A DNA stretch of 44,760 nt. Source: Candidatus Saccharimonadales bacterium (GTDB lineage: Bacteria; Patescibacteriota; Saccharimonadia; Saccharimonadales; SZUA-47). This document shows positions 15,994-24,918 of the stretch, in pieces. The notes below the pieces were generated by a model, which ran no database searches, was not told the origin of the DNA, and was given only the letters and a program-made list of their open reading frames with translations. The position numbers were made by a program, and so were the translations under genes. Position 1 is the first letter of the stretch. Each line of letters opens with the position of its first letter. The stretch is from the NCBI GenBank assembly GCA_041737385.1, contig JBGSRU010000010.1, positions 1-44,760 of the forward strand, written 5' to 3'.

Positions 15994-17367
15994 TTAAACA
16001 TACAAACGCCCTTTAAGTTCGACCACTTGTTGCCGAAGCTGCGGATCTACCGCGAGCTCTTTCGTTATCTTGTCAACCGCATGTATAGCGGTTGTGTGGT
16101 CTTTTCGGCCGCATTCACGAGCAATTTTCGGATAGCTCAACTTTAGCTCACTACGAAGTAGGTGCATTGCAATTTGCCTCGGCACAACGATGTCTTTGTC
16201 TCGTTTAGGACTCATAATCTCTTCTACTTCAAGTGAATAATACCGAGCTGTTTGCTCAATAATCTGTTTTGGGGTGATATGTTTTGGTCGGTTTTTGCTT
16301 CCTGCAAATAAAGCTTCCGCAACGGCAATATCTGGTTGCAGATCACGCATTTCACAATACGCAAGTAACTGGTTCAAGACACCTTCTAGTTCACGAATAT
16401 TGGAGTGGACAAGGTTTGCGAGAAACTCAACAACATCAGGCTCCAGCTGGAGATTGTGTGCTTGGGCTTTTGATTGGATGATTGCGCAGCGAGTTTCGAA
16501 GTCTGGTGTTTGCATATCGATTGACATGCCCCACGCAAAACGACTCTGTAGGCGCTCTTCAAGCGTCGGAATATCTCTTGGTGGTTTGTCACTACTAATA
16601 ATAATCTGCTTGTTGGCTTGGTGTAGCGCGTTAAAGGTATGGAAGAATTCTTCCTGTGTTTTTTCCTTGCCGGCAATAAACTGAATGTCGTCAACAATTA
16701 AGACATCAGCACTTCGGTAGTAGCCAGCAAAGTCAGTGTTTTTCTTGAACCGAATTGCGTCAAGAAACTCCTGTATGAATTGCTCGGTTGAAAGATAGAC
16801 AACATGGGCGCTTGGATTATTTTTGATTACTTCGTTGCCCACAGCCTGTATAAGGTGAGTTTTTCCTATCCCTACGCCACCATAGAGAAACAGTGGATTA
16901 TATTTCTCGCCTGGTTTCTGTGCGATCGCCTGACAAGCGGCATAAGCAAGCTCGTTGGCGCCTCCGACGATAAAATTATCAAATGTATAACGAGTGTTTA
17001 AGCCTTGACGATAATTGTGTCCCACGCCAGAACGTTTACTCTCAACCTTTTTCGGGTTAGCCGTGGCTGGGCTGAGGACAACAGTATCGTTTGTGTTCCG
17101 CCTAGACTTGCTACCGGGGGAGGTATATATATCAAACTGAACAATTTCTGGAGCGACACCATTTTTACCTAAGACGTCGCGCAGGAGATCGGCATATTTT
17201 CGTTCAAGTTGTTGTTTGATGAATACATTAGGCACGCCGATAATTGCTTTTTCAGGAGTGTAGTCAAGGAGGTGAGTGTTTTTGAACCAAGTCAGGAAGT
17301 TGCCGCGTGACACAGTCAGCTCGACTTCGCCGAGTACGGCCTGCCATATACCAGCTGTTTCCTGCAT
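15994..17367 (-). CDS. dnaA: Chromosomal replication initiator DnaA
   Basis: YTFDNFIVG, YNPLFLYGGVGIGKTHL, LIVDDIQF, QEEFFHTFN, RKDHTTAIHA. Confidence 0.99.
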   Translation of the reverse strand: MQETAGIWQAVLGEVELTVSRGNFLTWFKNTHLLDYTPEKAIIGVPNVFIKQQLERKYADLLRDVLGKNGVAPEIVQFDIYTSPGSKSRRNTNDTVVLSPATANPKKVESKRSGVGHNYRQGLNTRYTFDNFIVGGANELAYAACQAIAQKPGEKYNPLFLYGGVGIGKTHLIQAVGNEVIKNNPSAHVVYLSTEQFIQEFLDAIRFKKNTDFAGYYRSADVLIVDDIQFIAGKEKTQEEFFHTFNALHQANKQIIISSDKPPRDIPTLEERLQSRFAWGMSIDMQTPDFETRCAIIQSKAQAHNLQLEPDVVEFLANLVHSNIRELEGVLNQLLAYCEMRDLQPDIAVAEALFAGSKNRPKHITPKQIIEQTARYYSLEVEEIMSPKRDKDIVVPRQIAMHLLRSELKLSYPKIARECGRKDHTTAIHAVDKITKELAVDPQLRQQVVELKGRLYV

Positions 17368-17428
17368 CTTGACGTTTACTCCCTCTTTTTGATCAGTTGT
17401 CCCTCTAGCATAGACTAATCAACAGGAC

Positions 17429-17551
17429 TTTTCCACAGCCATTAACACAACATTTTATAACCATAAATAGTGTTTAAAGAGTTAGTACTTATCCACAGAA
17501 ATCTATTACCCCTGTTAATTGTGTGGATAACCAATGTGGACGAGTGGATAA
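17429..17551. promoter_or_regulatory. DnaA-box cluster upstream of dnaA
   Basis: TTTTCCACA 17429-17437, TTATCCACA 17489-17497, TGTGGATAA 17522-17530, TGTGGACGA 17535-17543, AGTGGATAA 17543-17551. Confidence 0.9.
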
Positions 17552-17645
17552 ACTATGTTTCCCCAGAATTTTGGCTTTTCGAAAAATTGCGTGTGAAATT
17601 AGTGTTGCCGACGCCTGTTTCATTTACGCGTGTACCACCTAAGCC

Positions 17646-17674
17646 TTGTTAAAGAAGTAAAACAGTGGTAAAAT
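17646..17674 (+). promoter_or_regulatory. Putative rpmH promoter
   Basis: TTGTTA, 17 bp, TGg-TAAAAT; ATG 10 nt downstream. Confidence 0.65.
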
Positions 17675-17684
17675 GTCCTGTAAT

Positions 17685-17822
17685 ATGCCAAAGCGAACAT
17701 ACCAACCAAAGAAACGACACCGCGCAAGGGAACATGGGTTCTTCAAGCGTATGGCGACGAAAGCAGGACGAAATGTCCTTAACAGACGCCGTAACAAAGG
17801 TCGCAAGCTACTAACCAGATAA
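17685..17822 (+). CDS. rpmH: 50S ribosomal protein L34 (absent from the ORF track)
   Basis: Manual translation [45 protein letters not shown]; canonical position. Confidence 0.98.
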   Translation: MPKRTYQPKKRHRAREHGFFKRMATKAGRNVLNRRRNKGRKLLTR

Positions 17823-17858
17823 TCCGAATCTACTCGGGGGTGAAAGGCTACAAATATA

Positions 17859-18224
17859 GTGATATCCCAAAAGAATCGGTTTCATGGTCATAACGCAGTC
17901 TCCAAAGTTCGGGGCAACGTTGCGCATGGAAAATTTCTGTCGCTGCGTTACGCGAAAAATAAACGAAAGTCATACCGACTCGCAGTGGTGGTCAGTAAAA
18001 AAGTAGCTGCCAAAGCAGTGACTAGAAACCGGATTAGAAGAAGGCTCTACGAACAAATTAGAACACAGAAAAGGTTTGAAAACCTTCCTATTGATGCGGT
18101 ATTGTATGTTAAATCAGCCCACCTTGCTGATATAGACAGCGAACTACTCGCAGAAGAAGTCTTGTCGCTCTGCAAAAAAGCACTAGCTGACCTCTCGCAA
18201 AAGATATCCAACCCCGTGCTATAG
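17859..18224 (+). CDS. rnpA: Ribonuclease P protein component
   Basis: RLAVVVSKKV..KAVTRNRIRRRL RNR motif; follows rpmH. Confidence 0.95.
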   Translation: MISQKNRFHGHNAVSKVRGNVAHGKFLSLRYAKNKRKSYRLAVVVSKKVAAKAVTRNRIRRRLYEQIRTQKRFENLPIDAVLYVKSAHLADIDSELLAEEVLSLCKKALADLSQKISNPVL

Positions 18225-18251
18225 TTGGTATAAAGGAGTTTATAAAACCAT

Positions 18252-19178
18252 ATGTTTACGACATTTATCGTCCAGCCGATTTTTAACGTTCTTTCGCTGA
18301 TTTACGCACTCATCCCTGGACATGATTTCGGGATTGCGATTATTCTCTTCACGATTGTTGCTCGTTTTGCGCTGTATCCACTTCTCAAGAAGCAGCTGAA
18401 GCACACAAAAGCAATGCGCGAAATGCAGCCAGAACTCAAAAAGATAAAAGAAGCCTCTAAAGGCAACAAACAGCAAGAATCTGTCATGATGATGGAGTTG
18501 TATAAAGAGAAACAGATAAAACCACTGTCACAGATAGGGTTAATGATCGTGCAGATTATTGTATTCTTGGCGCTGTTCTCTGGGCTCAATCGAGTAGTGA
18601 ACAACCCTCAACAGATTGTGGACTTTTCATATTCTCCTATTCAAAACACCAGCTGGATGCAGGAAGTTGCCGCTGATCCAGCCAAGTTTGACGAAAGGTT
18701 TTTGGGAAGTATTGATTTGACCCGTGCTGCGGTTGAATCTGGCAGGGCGCTCTATATACCCGCACTGTTGTTGGTTTTAGGCTCTGCTATCGTGCAGTTC
18801 TTGCAGATTAAACAGACGCTACCAAAAGACAAAAATGCGCGTAAACTTAGAGATATCCTAAAAGACGCCAACTCTGGTAAGCAGGCTGACTCTATGGAAG
18901 TTAACGCGGCCATGGGGCGCACCCTCGTCTACTTTATGCCAGCGCTTATATTTGTGCTGACTATCGGATTCCCCGCAGCATTGTCACTCTACTGGTTCGT
19001 TGGTGGGCTGATTGCTTACGCGCAACAAAGTCGTCTACTCAACCAAGATGAGTTCATGATGAAAGAAGCTAGCGCCGTCGTTGTCCGCAAAAAATCACTT
19101 AAACCAGAAACAACCTCAAAAACTAAAACAGCAAAGAAAAGAAAAACCAGTACATCTTCAAAAAATAGGAGGAAGTGA
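18252..19178 (+). CDS. yidC: Membrane protein insertase YidC (short, monoderm type)
   Basis: GIAIILFTI..R..LYPL, MQPELKKIK, PAALSLYW; basic C-terminal tail. Confidence 0.95.
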   Translation: MFTTFIVQPIFNVLSLIYALIPGHDFGIAIILFTIVARFALYPLLKKQLKHTKAMREMQPELKKIKEASKGNKQQESVMMMELYKEKQIKPLSQIGLMIVQIIVFLALFSGLNRVVNNPQQIVDFSYSPIQNTSWMQEVAADPAKFDERFLGSIDLTRAAVESGRALYIPALLLVLGSAIVQFLQIKQTLPKDKNARKLRDILKDANSGKQADSMEVNAAMGRTLVYFMPALIFVLTIGFPAALSLYWFVGGLIAYAQQSRLLNQDEFMMKEASAVVVRKKSLKPETTSKTKTAKKRKTSTSSKNRRK

Positions 19179-19273
19179 TGCAAAAAGGGAAAAGAGCAGC
19201 CAGAGCAACGGATTCATTTCGTTCCCTGAGCGTTGAGAAAAACCGCAGGTTTGTCTCAAGGATGGAGAGGTAA
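19178..19273 (+). other. Possible 31-aa sORF with internal hairpin between yidC and jag
   Basis: AGGAGG SD, TGATG overlap, MQKGKRAARATDSFRSLSVEKNRRFVSRMER*; hairpin at 19233-19259. Confidence 0.4.
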
Positions 19274-19279
19274 GGCGTT

Positions 19280-19744
19280 ATGGAAGAGTCAATTCGTTTT
19301 GCAAAAAAATATCTTGAGGATCTACTGTCGTTCTTTGGCCTCAACGTCGATGTCTATGCAACGTCTGAGGATGAAGAAGTCATCGAGCTAAGCGTCCCCA
19401 GCACTCACATGAACGGGTTTTTGATAGGAAACCGCGGAGAGACGATGCGCAGCCTGCAATACTTGACGAGTATGGCGCTGAAGTCTGGTGAGCATACACT
19501 GACACGAGTTAACGTAGACATTGCTGATTACAAGAAACAACGAGCCCACCGGCTAGAAGAGCGCGCTGAGGTGTGGCTGAAGCAAGTCAAAGATTCTGGT
19601 GAAGACAAAGCGCTTGAACCAATGGGTTCCGCCGACAGACGCACGATTCACAAGCTAGCAGGTGATTACGGCCTGGAAACTGAATCAGTCGGTGAGGGCA
19701 GAGACCGACACATCATACTGAAAGCCCCAACTAAAGCAGAGTAA
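19280..19744 (+). CDS. jag: Jag/EloR (KhpB) RNA-binding protein, KH + R3H, without Jag_N
   Basis: LIGNRGETMRSLQYL (KH), DRRTIH (R3H), ESVGEGRDR. Confidence 0.93.
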   Translation: MEESIRFAKKYLEDLLSFFGLNVDVYATSEDEEVIELSVPSTHMNGFLIGNRGETMRSLQYLTSMALKSGEHTLTRVNVDIADYKKQRAHRLEERAEVWLKQVKDSGEDKALEPMGSADRRTIHKLAGDYGLETESVGEGRDRHIILKAPTKAE

Positions 19745-19808
19745 ACTCGCTTTAGGCAACAGGCAACACCTTATTTACTTACTTATTAATCAGGGCTATA
19801 GTTACACT

Positions 19809-22670
19809 ATGATAAGGTGGTTTTTAGCGCTAGTCGTAGGTGTGCTGTTTCTGTTATTGGCTGTGCCACCAGAAAGAGACATAACGGTATCCGCAGAAAA
19901 CGAAGGACTGTGGTCAAATGGGCTACAGCTTGTAGATAAGACAGAGGAAGTCTATCTAGAATCAGAAAAACAAACATGTGACGAAACAGAGATGCAAGCC
20001 GTTCGAAATAGACGAAGTTATACAAACAAATCATACGCCCAATTACTCCTTGAGAATAGGACTGTTGTAGCGCCAAAACTGTATAAAACCTGTATTGTTG
20101 AAAATAAACTTGGAGTATTTGGGGACGGAGTATGGTCTCCTAGCGGAAACCTGAAAGACTCAATAGAAATATCACCGGATATTGTCGCTGCTCCTACAAG
20201 TAATGTCGTCATACATAAGTCATATTTTGGCTCAGATCCATATGGCAGTTTTAGGATTAGCATAAATTATAACTTTGAGGCGATTGGGAGGCTAGAGCCA
20301 ACCTGGTCTGGCAGTGGTGTAAACACGACGTATGGAAAGAAGTGGACGCTGCTTTCACCAGCACCAAGCCTGACTTATTCGAATGGCTCACCAGTGCTAG
20401 TTTACGAGCTGAGTTTCTCACAGAACGGCCGTTTTGCGGTGGCTTTGCTGTCTTCTGGGCAAGTAGTACAAATAAACCTTGAAACGCAGGAAATAACACC
20501 TCTTACCATGTTTGCTGGTGCGAAGAGAGCTAAGTTAGCAGTTAGTAACGACGGAATGTATGTGTCTGGATTTGCAGCCGCCGTGCAGTCCAGTATCAAC
20601 ATGTACGATCTTAAAAATTGTGAAAACAAGTATAGTAAGGGACTCTTTCCAATTTTGTCGTTTGGTCATGAAGGTTGTGAGTCGACCGCGGTTTACGGTG
20701 ACATAAACAGTCAGTTGGCAGCAGGAAACTACACGTTAATTAGACTTGAATTTAATCCTGGAGCTTCATTGCGCGTTGATACGCTTCATTTCTATGAAGG
20801 TAAATTTCTAAAATTCATTATGAATTTTAAGCCAGTAGGCTATACTTCTTCGGCGCGTGGTTATCTAGCGATGGGTGATAGCTTCAGTTCTGGTGAAGGA
20901 GATACACAGGGCGGAACGTGGTACGAACCAGGAACAGACGAGCAGGGAGATAAGAGTACATTTGCAGGCCGCAACCTGTGCCACTTGTCTCGCAGGAGCT
21001 ATCCATATCTTATTGCCAAACAGCTAGATTACCTAGATGGGGTGTCAACGGAGCCAGTAACTCCTTCACCTAACGGGTTGTTTCACTCTGTAGCCTGTAG
21101 CGGTGCCAAAATTCATAATGTTATAGGTGCCGTTGGTGAAAAACAGGATAATGGGGCGGCGGTTGATTTTGCCATTACCGATAATCAATATAGGTTCGAT
21201 TTTATATCTAGCCTAGCTAACTGGCAGCCTGGATTTGAGAAGCAAGTTGGTTACATCGTGGGTAGAAACGATAACACTGTAGAAAATCGTTTACCTTTCT
21301 CGCCTGAGGTTATTACAGTTGGTGTCGGCGGAAACGACGCAGGTTTTGGCAAACGACTCGCATCATGTCTTGGTTTAAGCAACTGCGAATATGTAACAAA
21401 CGAAAGCAAAAGAGCGCAGCTTATTACAGAGCTTGCTGCACAAAAATCGCGACTTGAGCAAACCTATTTAAAGCTAAAGCAAGAAGCACCAGAAGCGCGA
21501 GTTTATGCCATAGGATATCCGCAGTTCGTACATTATCCGGTGGTGGATTGTGCTAATAACGTTAGGTTGGGCGCTCCAGAAGTGAGATTTATTCATGAAG
21601 CTGTCGACTATTTTAATCAAGTGATACAAGCTGCAGCACTATCCAGTGGAGTCCAGTTTATAGACGTAGAAGATACGCTTGAAGGAGGCAATCTCTGTAG
21701 TGGAGCATCGGATAGCGATATGTTAGTTAATGGTATTACAGCAGGAAACGATATTGATAAAGAAGTTATTTTTGGAATAGGCTGGTGTTCACCCAACTCT
21801 GGGTGTTTGGGGAGTGAAACTTATCACCCTAACCATAAAGCGCAAGATTTCTATAAAAGAGCTATTCTCAGTCAGACATTAGATTTTGTGAGACCAAACA
21901 CAGAACCAACGCCCGTTGCCGTGCCGCTGCCAAGTGATTATTTTGGTGTTGGCGCGCGTTCCTACGTAGAGGCGCTTAATGATCCTGAATCTTCTGAAAG
22001 AATGCGTTCAGAATTCAGGGAAATGATCGCTGGAGCTACAAACTATAGACAGCCTAATGTACATCTCGATGGATTACTACCTTATTCATCGGTTAGTTTT
22101 TCTATACACTCAGAGCCTTTTGACCTTAGAACGTTCACGGCCGATCTTAACGGAGAGGTTGATGCGACCTTAATGATCCCGTTAGACTTTGAGGGTGGTT
22201 ATCATGAGATCCATGCCGTGGCTATAGACTACGCCGGCAAAGAGGTAGAGTATTATGAGCCTATAGTGCTCAGCACGTCAGAAACAGATTTTGATGGTGA
22301 CGGCGTACTGGATAATCTTGACAGTTGCCCAACAATAGTGAATTTAAGTATTGACGAAAACAATAACGGCATAGACGCCGCCTGTGAGCCAGAAGTTACT
22401 AGCCTTCAAGACAATGAAGGGGAGCCTCTCATTAAGGGCGTTCCGAGTATTGAAACAGTAGCTGGTAATGAGCAAATAACATCAGGAGCGGTGCTCGGAG
22501 TAAACACCCAGAAGAGTGAAACAAACGTGCTCGGTGCTACCCTAGAAGCAACAGGTACCAGACAAGACTACCCATTAATTGTAGGGATAGTTCTAGCTAT
22601 GACGGCTGCTGGGCTTTTGATCATGAGCTTATCGAACAAAAAGCAATATAAGCATAAACTAAACAAATAA
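19809..22670 (+). CDS. Surface-anchored SGNH/GDSL esterase-lipase (SEST-like) with N-terminal beta-rich region and TSP3-like Ca repeat
   Basis: Signal/TM; YLAMGDSFSSGEG, ACSGA, GGND, YHPN; DFDGDGVLDNLDSCP; C-terminal LEATG-TM-basic tail. Confidence 0.85.
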   Translation: MIRWFLALVVGVLFLLLAVPPERDITVSAENEGLWSNGLQLVDKTEEVYLESEKQTCDETEMQAVRNRRSYTNKSYAQLLLENRTVVAPKLYKTCIVENKLGVFGDGVWSPSGNLKDSIEISPDIVAAPTSNVVIHKSYFGSDPYGSFRISINYNFEAIGRLEPTWSGSGVNTTYGKKWTLLSPAPSLTYSNGSPVLVYELSFSQNGRFAVALLSSGQVVQINLETQEITPLTMFAGAKRAKLAVSNDGMYVSGFAAAVQSSINMYDLKNCENKYSKGLFPILSFGHEGCESTAVYGDINSQLAAGNYTLIRLEFNPGASLRVDTLHFYEGKFLKFIMNFKPVGYTSSARGYLAMGDSFSSGEGDTQGGTWYEPGTDEQGDKSTFAGRNLCHLSRRSYPYLIAKQLDYLDGVSTEPVTPSPNGLFHSVACSGAKIHNVIGAVGEKQDNGAAVDFAITDNQYRFDFISSLANWQPGFEKQVGYIVGRNDNTVENRLPFSPEVITVGVGGNDAGFGKRLASCLGLSNCEYVTNESKRAQLITELAAQKSRLEQTYLKLKQEAPEARVYAIGYPQFVHYPVVDCANNVRLGAPEVRFIHEAVDYFNQVIQAAALSSGVQFIDVEDTLEGGNLCSGASDSDMLVNGITAGNDIDKEVIFGIGWCSPNSGCLGSETYHPNHKAQDFYKRAILSQTLDFVRPNTEPTPVAVPLPSDYFGVGARSYVEALNDPESSERMRSEFREMIAGATNYRQPNVHLDGLLPYSSVSFSIHSEPFDLRTFTADLNGEVDATLMIPLDFEGGYHEIHAVAIDYAGKEVEYYEPIVLSTSETDFDGDGVLDNLDSCPTIVNLSIDENNNGIDAACEPEVTSLQDNEGEPLIKGVPSIETVAGNEQITSGAVLGVNTQKSETNVLGATLEATGTRQDYPLIVGIVLAMTAAGLLIMSLSNKKQYKHKLNK

Positions 22671-22693
22671 ACCAAGGTATACTAAGCATAACT

Positions 22694-23215
22694 ATGAAGA
22701 AGAAAAAGCAGAAAACCCATGTACCAAATCAATTATCTAACTTTGTGACGTCTCATAAATTGATTGTATTTTTGCTACTTATAGTGCTACTGTTTCCAGC
22801 AAATTTTGCTTTTAATAAGTATAAAGACTGGGATAACGCACAGTTGATTAAAGGCTTAGCACGAGACTTCCCAGCACTAACTGCAGAAATAGAGCAAGCG
22901 ACAGGGCTCGATTTGGAAGAAAAGAATGATTGCATGACAACAACCGAGAAATTCAGTAGTGGCGTAAGGACTTGTGAGTTAGCATTTGGCCTACAAGCAC
23001 CACTTGACGACGTAACGAAAGCGGCTAGTGTTATAGAGAGCTCAAGAAATTTCGATAAACTCTCAACTACGTTAACTGAAAGGGGGGGTAGGTATAATTA
23101 TCGAAACAAGGAGAGCTGTACTTTTTCTAGTATCTCACCAATCTACGGAAGTTGTGTTTTTGCGGTGAGGGAGGCGAATGTGAAGCTCGCTCAAGAAGTG
23201 TTTTCTGGCCTTTAG
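22694..23215 (+). CDS. Hypothetical membrane-anchored Cys-containing protein
   Basis: Basic N-terminus, one TM helix, four Cys. Confidence 0.75.
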   Translation: MKKKKQKTHVPNQLSNFVTSHKLIVFLLLIVLLFPANFAFNKYKDWDNAQLIKGLARDFPALTAEIEQATGLDLEEKNDCMTTTEKFSSGVRTCELAFGLQAPLDDVTKAASVIESSRNFDKLSTTLTERGGRYNYRNKESCTFSSISPIYGSCVFAVREANVKLAQEVFSGL

Positions 23216-23290
23216 CGAGACTTAATCGACCGAAGTTCAGCCGATGAATGTAGTCCTGTAATGAATATTAAAAACTTTGCAGTCCCCATA

Positions 23291-23318
23291 GAGCTGCTTA
23301 ACGTTAAAGCCCAGCTCT
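23291..23318. terminator. Possible hairpin between convergent genes
   Basis: GAGCTG...CAGCTC outer stem enclosing the palindrome TTAACGTTAA; no clear U-tract. Confidence 0.3.
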
Positions 23319-23344
23319 CGCGGGGTGGCGATAGTTACTAGTTG

Positions 23345-24466
23345 CTATTTAGTTAAAGCGTCTTTGTAGACTTGGAGGGTTTGGGTGGCCATGCGGCGCC
23401 AAGAGAATCTTTTGGCGTTTTCGTAACCTTTTTCTATTAGTTTTTTGCGCAGAGCTTCGCTAGATATAACTTTATCTATCTTTTCGGCCATATCTGTAAT
23501 GTCTAGCGGGTTGAAGTACTCTGCAGCGTCACCGTTAACCTCAGGCAAGCATGTAGCGTTGCTCGACACCACAGGGCAACCATGGGCCATAGCTTCTAGG
23601 CCTGGCAAGCCAAACCCTTCAGAAAGAGAAGGGAACACATAGACCAAAGCGTTTTGGTAGTACCATTTCAGCTCTTCGTCTGGTATAAATCCTGTAAATA
23701 GTATGTCTTCGTAGAAAGGTTGCTTTTTAGCCCAATTTTGCAGTTTTTTATGGTGATATTTGCGTTTTCCTACGAATATTATTTTTAGATCTTCATGCTG
23801 TTCTTTGAGAATTCCAAAAGCGCTAATTAATCTTTCCAGGTTTTTGTATTCATTTGCGTTTCCGACGTACATAATAAATTTATCTGGCTGGATTTCTGGA
23901 GTTTTAGGTTTTCCGGGTAATGGAGGATCGCTCGCTTCTAATGTCACAGTAGTTTTTCTGTTAGTAAACAAGTACTTCTTGTTTACGTCATCAGCAACAT
24001 ATTGAGTGGGCACTATTATGTGTCTAGCTTTTTTATTTGTTTGCCACATCAAAAATCTATAGCCTTTTTGTCGTAAGTAGTTAACCCAAGCAGGAAGTTT
24101 GCTTGTAATCTTATATTTCAAAACAGTTAAGTCGTGAGTAGTTGTGACGATCTTTTTTCTATAAAAAACTGGGTCCTGCGGAGACATAGTAAAGTGTACG
24201 AGGTCTGCATGGAGCTTATACAGCCAATACGCAAAGGTTATCTGCTTTATTGGGTTAAATGAGTACGGCTTATATTTGCACACTTCAGTAGAAAAGTTTT
24301 TAGCAGTTGGTTTCCAGTCGTCTTCTGGCTTGAGCATTACGGTAAATTTGTAATCATCACCTAGCCCCTGCAAGTTTTCAATTAGCCCGTCCATATATCT
24401 ACCAGTGGTAGTTTGGCGCATGCGGGCATCTATTACGATATGTTTTTTGTTTTTTTTCGATGTCAT
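23345..24466 (-). CDS. Glycosyltransferase family 4
   Basis: TTHDL, KNLERLI, FPSLSEGFGLPGLEAMAHGCPVV. Confidence 0.92.
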   Translation of the reverse strand: MTSKKNKKHIVIDARMRQTTTGRYMDGLIENLQGLGDDYKFTVMLKPEDDWKPTAKNFSTEVCKYKPYSFNPIKQITFAYWLYKLHADLVHFTMSPQDPVFYRKKIVTTTHDLTVLKYKITSKLPAWVNYLRQKGYRFLMWQTNKKARHIIVPTQYVADDVNKKYLFTNRKTTVTLEASDPPLPGKPKTPEIQPDKFIMYVGNANEYKNLERLISAFGILKEQHEDLKIIFVGKRKYHHKKLQNWAKKQPFYEDILFTGFIPDEELKWYYQNALVYVFPSLSEGFGLPGLEAMAHGCPVVSSNATCLPEVNGDAAEYFNPLDITDMAEKIDKVISSEALRKKLIEKGYENAKRFSWRRMATQTLQVYKDALTK

Positions 24467-24528
24467 AGTTTTATTATACCTCTAGAGTCGTTTTGTATGA
24501 AGCGGGCCAATATGTGACAATAGGTGTA

Positions 24529-24906
24529 ATGACAAATTTACAAGGTGGAATAACTTCAAGTCAGCTTTCTCCGCAAGCATTCAAAAACAGTAGCCAGAGT
24601 TCGAGTTTCCAAGATACGTTTAATAGCCAAAACCAAACAAGTTCAACCAGCAACCAGTCGCTACTGTACGCTACACCATCCGCCACTAAACTAAAGGTTG
24701 ATGTAAAACAAAGTAGTTCTGTGCTCGGTGCTTCATTTACTTCTTCGGCTCAGAATCAGGTTCAATCTAATCCTTCAAACAACTTCGTCCCCTTAGTACT
24801 GATTGTGTTGGTTGTTTCCATTGTAGCATCGGTGTATTTTTTGCGAAAATTTAGTAGTTTTGCTACCAAAGTAGACGCGCTAGATAGTTCAACCACAGAA
24901 GATTAA
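24529..24906 (+). CDS. Small Ser/Gln-rich protein with C-terminal TM helix
   Basis: ATG 24529 lies 7 nt after TGt-GACAAT, with TTGTAT 17 bp upstream of that -10; contains a VLGA motif. Confidence 0.65.
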   Translation: MTNLQGGITSSQLSPQAFKNSSQSSSFQDTFNSQNQTSSTSNQSLLYATPSATKLKVDVKQSSSVLGASFTSSAQNQVQSNPSNNFVPLVLIVLVVSIVASVYFLRKFSSFATKVDALDSSTTED

Positions 24907-24918
24907 CGGGTATAAAAT

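Noticed and set aside
15756-16146. Short ORFs 15756-16001 (-) and 15958-16146 (+), also 17470-17652 (+)
   Set aside because: They overlap DnaA-box clusters or dnaA and show no protein features; likely spurious.
5427-19178. Alternative genetic code (TGA = Gly)
   Set aside because: TGA ends genes at expected lengths (5427, 11276, 19176) and no conserved gene is interrupted by TGA.
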